Positions 56,756 to 64,000 of a stretch of 64,000 bases of DNA are shown here, one piece after another; positions within the stretch are counted from its first letter, which is position 1; every line of letters starts with the position of its first letter. The stretch comes from Octopus vulgaris. Lineage: Eukaryota. The translations under genes were made by a program, and so were the position numbers. Location: NCBI GenBank assembly GCA_951406725.2, contig OX597837.1:11284001-11348000 (forward strand). Direction: 5' to 3'. Below the pieces are notes generated by a model. The model did no database searches and was not told the DNA's origin. It was given only the letters and a program-made list of their open reading frames with translations.

Positions 56756-56786
<31 letters not shown>

Positions 56787-56926
56787 GGTATATATTATGT
56801 ATGTACATGTAAATATATATATATGTATATATGTATATATATATAGTGTGTATATATGTATATATATATATATATATAAATATATATATATATATGTAAA
56901 TATATATATATATATATATATAAACG

Positions 56927-56959
<33 letters not shown>

Positions 56960-57664
56960 GTAAAAATATTAGACTACACACGTACACACACGCACACCAA
57001 CAAACACACACGTGCGTGCGCACATACACACATACACACACGCATTCGTATATTGTCAAAAATGACTGAAAGGCACTTGTTTCAAACTGATTCCAGATCA
57101 ATGAAGGAACGGCTTTACATAACGTGAATAACATCTATTTCTAGAATACAGGCTTATAAATTAAATGGAGGCACAGCTGCAGAATAAGTATTTTTCAAAG
57201 AGTCGACTCGTAAAACAGTAATAGAAAAATGGTGGCAGAAAATACACATTACTAACATATAGATGTATATTACTACACGTTAACGCACATACAAATATAC
57301 GCGTACATAAATGCACAGATGCAGGTACATACACACAGACACAAACACATACATACATGATCGTCGTGTTTTACTCTCTATCTTTTTAAACTTTTAATAC
57401 TTTTGATATATATTTAAAATAATATAAATTAAATTAATTTTATGTATTGGCTTATGTTTTTCATTGTTTGATTTGCCTAATAGTGGTTTTATCTCTAATT
57501 TAATATAATATAATATAATATATACATACTATAAAATTTAATATAATATAATATAATATATTTATACTATAAAATTGGATTTAATCCTAAATCTGATTTT
57601 CCCCTGTATGTTTGGATTTATTCCCTAATATTATTATTATTATATATATATATATATATATAAT

Positions 57665-57887
57665 CTTTTACTCTTTTACTCTTTTACTTGTTTCAGTCAT
57701 TTGACTGCGGCCATGCTGGAGCACCGCCTTTAGTCGAGCAAATCGACCCCGGGACTTATTCTTTGTAAGCCCAGTAATTATTCTATCGGTCCTTTTTGCC
57801 GAACCGCTAAGTGACGGGGACGTAAACACACCAGCATCGGTTGTCAAGCAATGCTAGGGGGACAAACACAGACACACAAACACACAA

Positions 57888-57920
<33 letters not shown>

Positions 57921-58091
57921 CATATATACGACAGGCTTCTTTCAGTTTCCATCTACCAAATCCACTAACAAGGCATTGGTCGGCCCGGGGCTATAGCAGA
58001 AGACACTTGCCCAAGATACCACGCAGTGGGACTGAACCCGGAACCATGTGGTTGGTAAACAAGCTACTTACCACACAGCCACTCCTGCGCC
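57665..58091 (-). mobile_element. SINE family A, young full-length copy
   Basis: Near-identical to 30906-31318. Confidence 0.92.
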
Positions 58092-58095
58092 TATA

Positions 58096-58138
<43 letters not shown>

Positions 58139-58171
58139 TAGCAGTAAAACCCGTCGTTGATTGAGTAATTA

Positions 58172-58523
58172 TTGGGTTGTCCGGAAAGTTCGTGCTGATT
58201 TTTAAAAGAAGGAAAAATGTCAATAAATACTTGCCATTACATCTTTCAATCAACCAAATATGAATCATTTTGTTGCACAATGCGTCTCCATCTTTCATTT
58301 AACTTGAAAACACCCTCTTCCCAGGATTGAGGTGGTTTCATGGCAAAGAATTCATCAAGGTATCGTTTTACGTCATTCAAGGAATTGAAATTTTTACCAT
58401 AAAACTATTCTGCAGAGACCTGAATAAGTGGAAATTCGAAGGAGCAATATCTGGTGAAAATGGAGGGTGGGGTAACACATCCCAGCCGAGCTGCAGCAAT
58501 TTTTGTCTGGTTCCCAAAGCATC
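58172..58523 (-). mobile_element. Mariner transposase 3' fragment with TIR
   Basis: [45 protein letters not shown]; TA-TTGGGTTGTCCGGAAAGTTCGTGCTGATTTT end. Confidence 0.9.
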
Positions 58524-58564
58524 ATATATATATATATGTATGTGTGTGTGTGTGTATATATATG

Positions 58565-58651
<87 letters not shown>

Positions 58652-59084
58652 TATTTTTGTTATTGATCGACAGGATCTACATAGGGTCCCAAGGTCAGAG
58701 AGTTTCGTTTATAGGCCCTTATGAAACTCGAAACGCTCAGCCTTCAAGTCACTCTTTATATTCTGCCAATGAATAGTAAAAAATGTAATTATATGTATAT
58801 GTATATATATAGACATACACACACACATAAATACAAGCACACCACACACAGACACACACACACATACACACATACACACAGCACGACAATCATGTCTGCC
58901 AGCGTTTGTGTCAAGATAAATTCCTTGTAAATATAAAGATGGTGAACTGCTTCCCGAACATTACGATGCATTTACAAATATATATGGACGTAGATTAATG
59001 ATGAATCAGATATACACAACCTAAGTATACATATACGCACGTACGCACGAGCATATAATTATATAAACATACTTTACACATGCT

Positions 59085-59562
<478 letters not shown>

Positions 59563-59670
59563 AACACGTGCGCTACATATTTATTGAAGTCTCAGAATAT
59601 AACGAAGATACATTCAGCCTCGGGCTTATTAAGATGAAAACGTGGCGTCCGTACATAAGGTACAACGTAA

Positions 59671-59736
<66 letters not shown>

Positions 59737-59809
59737 CATATATATATATATTATATATACATATGTGTGTGTATGCGCAGACGCATACACGTTTGTTCTT
59801 AAGATGTAG

Positions 59810-60186
59810 ATAAATAGCTGTGTATTGTTTGCATTGATTTAAACGCAAAGCACAGAGATCAAGTTTGTTTCTTTTCAATGAACTTCTTTTGATTCTTGAT
59901 TCACATTCATGACACCCGACCGATGGAAAATAACGAAAACATTTACAGCTATACATTGAAAACTTCATCTCATATTTCTTCAGGCAATATATAATTATGT
60001 TTATCCCAGCCAACAGAACTGCTTACCTGCATGGCCTCGACATTCTTCCTTCCATATTTACACATCGAATAGTTTTCCCCGAGTTTGTTTGAGTTCAAAA
60101 GGTACAGATTCTTTCCATTCCTTGAAATACAACTCTTGTTAATGTGTACATACTTGACCCCAACGTTCTGTGTTGTGCTAATTGCC
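59810..60186 (-). pseudogene. Possible degraded C-type-lectin/WSC-like coding segment
   Basis: Acceptor-like TTTAG at ~60186; Cys-patterned peptides SCISRNG..SMCKY and SVGC..LKRNKLDLCA..QC in different frames. Confidence 0.3.
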
Positions 60187-60195
60187 TAAAGTATA

Positions 60196-60233
<38 letters not shown>

Positions 60234-60234
<1 letters not shown>

Positions 60235-60625
60235 TAGCAGTATCGCCCAGCGTTGCTCGGGTTTGTAAGGGAAATGACTATATAAGCATTTTTAGAGAAG
60301 TAAAGTATAATAGCCATTACAATATGGCTAACCACAAAGGGGGGTGTTACTGTAGCTTTTAACGTTCTGAGATTTAATAATAAATTTTTAGCGAGTTACT
60401 TCCCTTATATATGCCAAAAATGCATTAAAAATGGGACAAATTGATGGTAAATTCTTTTTAAAATCATAGACTCATCGTAGACGCGCGCTAATACCCAGAA
60501 GGGCTCGATATGAATCACGACTATAGGATACGCGGTTTTGGTTAAACTGCACCGCAAAATGTGGGAGTAGTTAGGAATCTAAATCGTAGGAGACAGACAG
60601 CACACAACCTTACTTTTATATATAA

Positions 60626-60628
<3 letters not shown>
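60234..60628 (-). mobile_element. Non-autonomous Helitron (second copy)
   Basis: Close match to 32462-32855; TC..CTAG ends. Confidence 0.85.
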
Positions 60629-60670
<42 letters not shown>

Positions 60671-60738
60671 ACCTCGTGTGTACCGTTGGCGATTTTTTTC
60701 CCTCTGTCTTCCCTTCTCTGGATCTTTCCTTCTCCTAT

Positions 60739-60773
60739 GTTTCCGACGAAGAGCTCCGCTCGAAACGTTAAAC
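60739..60773 (+). ncRNA. Hammerhead-like U4C variant
   Basis: GTTT-CCGACGA-A-GAGC-TCC-GCTC-GAAAC-GTT-AAAC. Confidence 0.62.
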
Positions 60774-60888
60774 CCTCCTTCTTTCCTTCCTTTCCTGAGC
60801 GTCCAATAATACTATATTTGTTCTACGTCCTCGCGTTGTTGTGTTTTTTTTGTGCTTTCTTGTTTGGATTAACTATATATATATATAT

Positions 60889-60955
<67 letters not shown>

Positions 60956-60997
60956 GTACAGTGCATAATTATGTAGCTCAATATATTCAAATAATAT

Positions 60998-61227
60998 ATT
61001 TCTTTATTGCCCACAAGGGGCTAAACATAGAGAGGACAAACAAGGACAGACAAAGGGATTAAGTCGATTACATCGACCCCAGTGCGTAACTGGTACTTAA
61101 TTTATCGACCCCGAAAGAATGAAAGGCAAAGTCGTACTCGGCGGTATTTGAACTCACAACGTAACGGCATACGAAATACGGCTACGCATTTCGCCCGGCG
61201 TGCTAACGTTTTTGCCAGCTCGCCGCC
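60998..61227 (-). mobile_element. SINE family B, full length
   Basis: Reverse complement of 51585-51818. Confidence 0.88.
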
Positions 61228-61403
61228 TCTCATATTCAAATAATAGGCGCAGGAGTGGCTGTGTGGTAAGAACCCTGCTTCCCAACCATATGGTTCTGGG
61301 TTCAGTCCCACTGTGTGGTACCTTGAGCAAGCGTCTTCTTCTATGTAGTTCTTCTTTGATTATTTTACACGTTTCAGCCATTTGACTGTGGCCATGCTGG
61401 AGT

Positions 61404-62515
<1,112 letters not shown>

Positions 62516-62519
62516 AAGA

Positions 62520-63009
62520 GTATGTATGTATGCATGTATGTATGTGTGTGTGTATTATGTATGTATGTATGTATGTGTGTGTGTATTATGTATGTATGTA
62601 TGTATGTATGTGTGTGTGTATTATGTATGTATGTATGTATGTATGTATGTATGTGTGTGTATTATGTATGTATGTATGTATGTGTGTGTGTATTATGTAT
62701 GTATGTATGTATGTATGTGTGTGTGTATTATGTATGTATGTATGTATGTATGTATGTATGTATGTATGTGTGTATGTATGTATGTATGTATGTATGTATG
62801 TGTGTATGTATGTGTGTATGTATGTATGTATGTATGTATGTATGTGTGTATGTATGTATGTATGTATGTATGTATGTATGTATGTGTGTGTGTATTATGT
62901 ATGTATGTATGTATGTATGTGTGTGTATTATGTATGTATGTATGTATGTATGTATGTATGTGTGTGTGTATTATGTATGTATGTATGTATGTATGTATGT
63001 ATGTATGTA

Positions 63010-63044
<35 letters not shown>

Positions 63045-63342
63045 ATGTATGTATGTATGTATGTATGTGTGTGTGTATTATGTATGTATGTATGTATGTA
63101 TGTATGTATGTATGTGCGTGTGTATTATGTATGTATGTATGTATGTATGTGTGTGTGTATTATGTATGTATGTATGTATGTATGTATGTATGTATGTGTG
63201 TGTGTATTATGTATGTATGTATGTATGTGTGTGTGTATGTATGTATGTATGTATGTATGTATGTATGTATGTGTGTGTGTATTATGTATGTATGTATGTA
63301 TGTGTGTGTGTATTATGTATGTATGTATGTATGTATGTATAT
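62520..63342. repeat. (TATG)n compound array punctuated by TGTGTGTATTA
   Basis: Directly visible; explains the 411-aa ORFs. Confidence 0.95.
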
Positions 63343-63645
63343 GTCTGCTTGTGTCTATTTGCTCCCCCACCAGCACCACCACGATTGTTTGACAACCTAC
63401 GCTGGTTTGTTTACGTCCCAGTAACGTGCGGTTCGTCAAAAGAGACTCATAGAATAAGTACTAGGCTTACAAAGAATATATCCTGGTGGTCGATTTCTTT
63501 GACTAAACCTTTTAAGGTGGTGCTCCAGTATGGCCGCAGAAACAAATAAAAGAACAGAAGAATAAACTGTTGAAATGCAATTCGTATTTGAACATAAAAC
63601 TAATGCAAATTCATATGTGTCCGTAACTACTTAATATAATATTGT

Positions 63646-64000
63646 GGAGGCGCAATGGCCCAATGGTGAGGACAGCGGACTCGCGGTCGTAGGATGGCGG
63701 TTTCGATTCCAAGACCGGATGTTGTAAGTGTTTATTGAGCGAAAACACCTAGGGTTTCACGAGGCTCTGGCCGGGGGTGGCATAGTGAACCCTGCTGTAC
63801 TATTTCATCACAACTTTCTCTCACTCTTTCTTCCTGCTTCTGTTGTACCTGTATTTCAAAGGGTCAGCCTAGCCACACTCTGTGTCACGGTGAATCTCTC
63901 CGAGAATCACCCCGAGAATGCTCAGCCACTTGCACGTTAATTTCACGATCAGGCTGTTCCGTTGATCGGATCAGCTGAAACCCTCGCCGTCGTAACCGAC
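63646..64000 (+). mobile_element. SINE family C (runs off the window)
   Basis: Matches 35121-35490. Confidence 0.88.

Noticed and set aside
60027-60185. Clean 159-nt minus-strand exon (AG..GTAAGC)
   Set aside because: The splice-like ends and one open frame are real, but no partner exons could be linked; kept only as part of the low-confidence lectin-like relic.

Overview
Eukaryotic, extremely repeat-rich genomic DNA, very likely from an octopus (inferred from the tRNA-headed SINE families and the microsatellite load). Almost all ORFs in the supplied track are artefacts of (TA)n/(CA)n/(TACA)n/(GATA)n repeats, and no intact host gene could be established. Supported content: four SINE families; three 5'-truncated Tx1/L1-type LINE copies ending in (GATA)n; an R4/Dong-type fragment in (TAA)n; RTE fragments; hAT-Charlie, mariner, Tc1-MITE and Helitron relics; a GPCR-like pseudogene; scattered lectin-like degraded segments; and a 1.5-kb 48-bp minisatellite that expanded inside a triplicated acidic-repeat module. 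The main hidden signal is about 20 minimal type-I hammerhead-ribozyme-like motifs from several unrelated sequence families. Many sit in long inverted (Penelope pseudo-LTR-like) structures, and they include apparent compensatory 3:8 core variants (G3:C8, A3:U8) and recurrent U4C, A6U and A9C variants. All motifs were read and folded by eye, and repeat boundaries are approximate.
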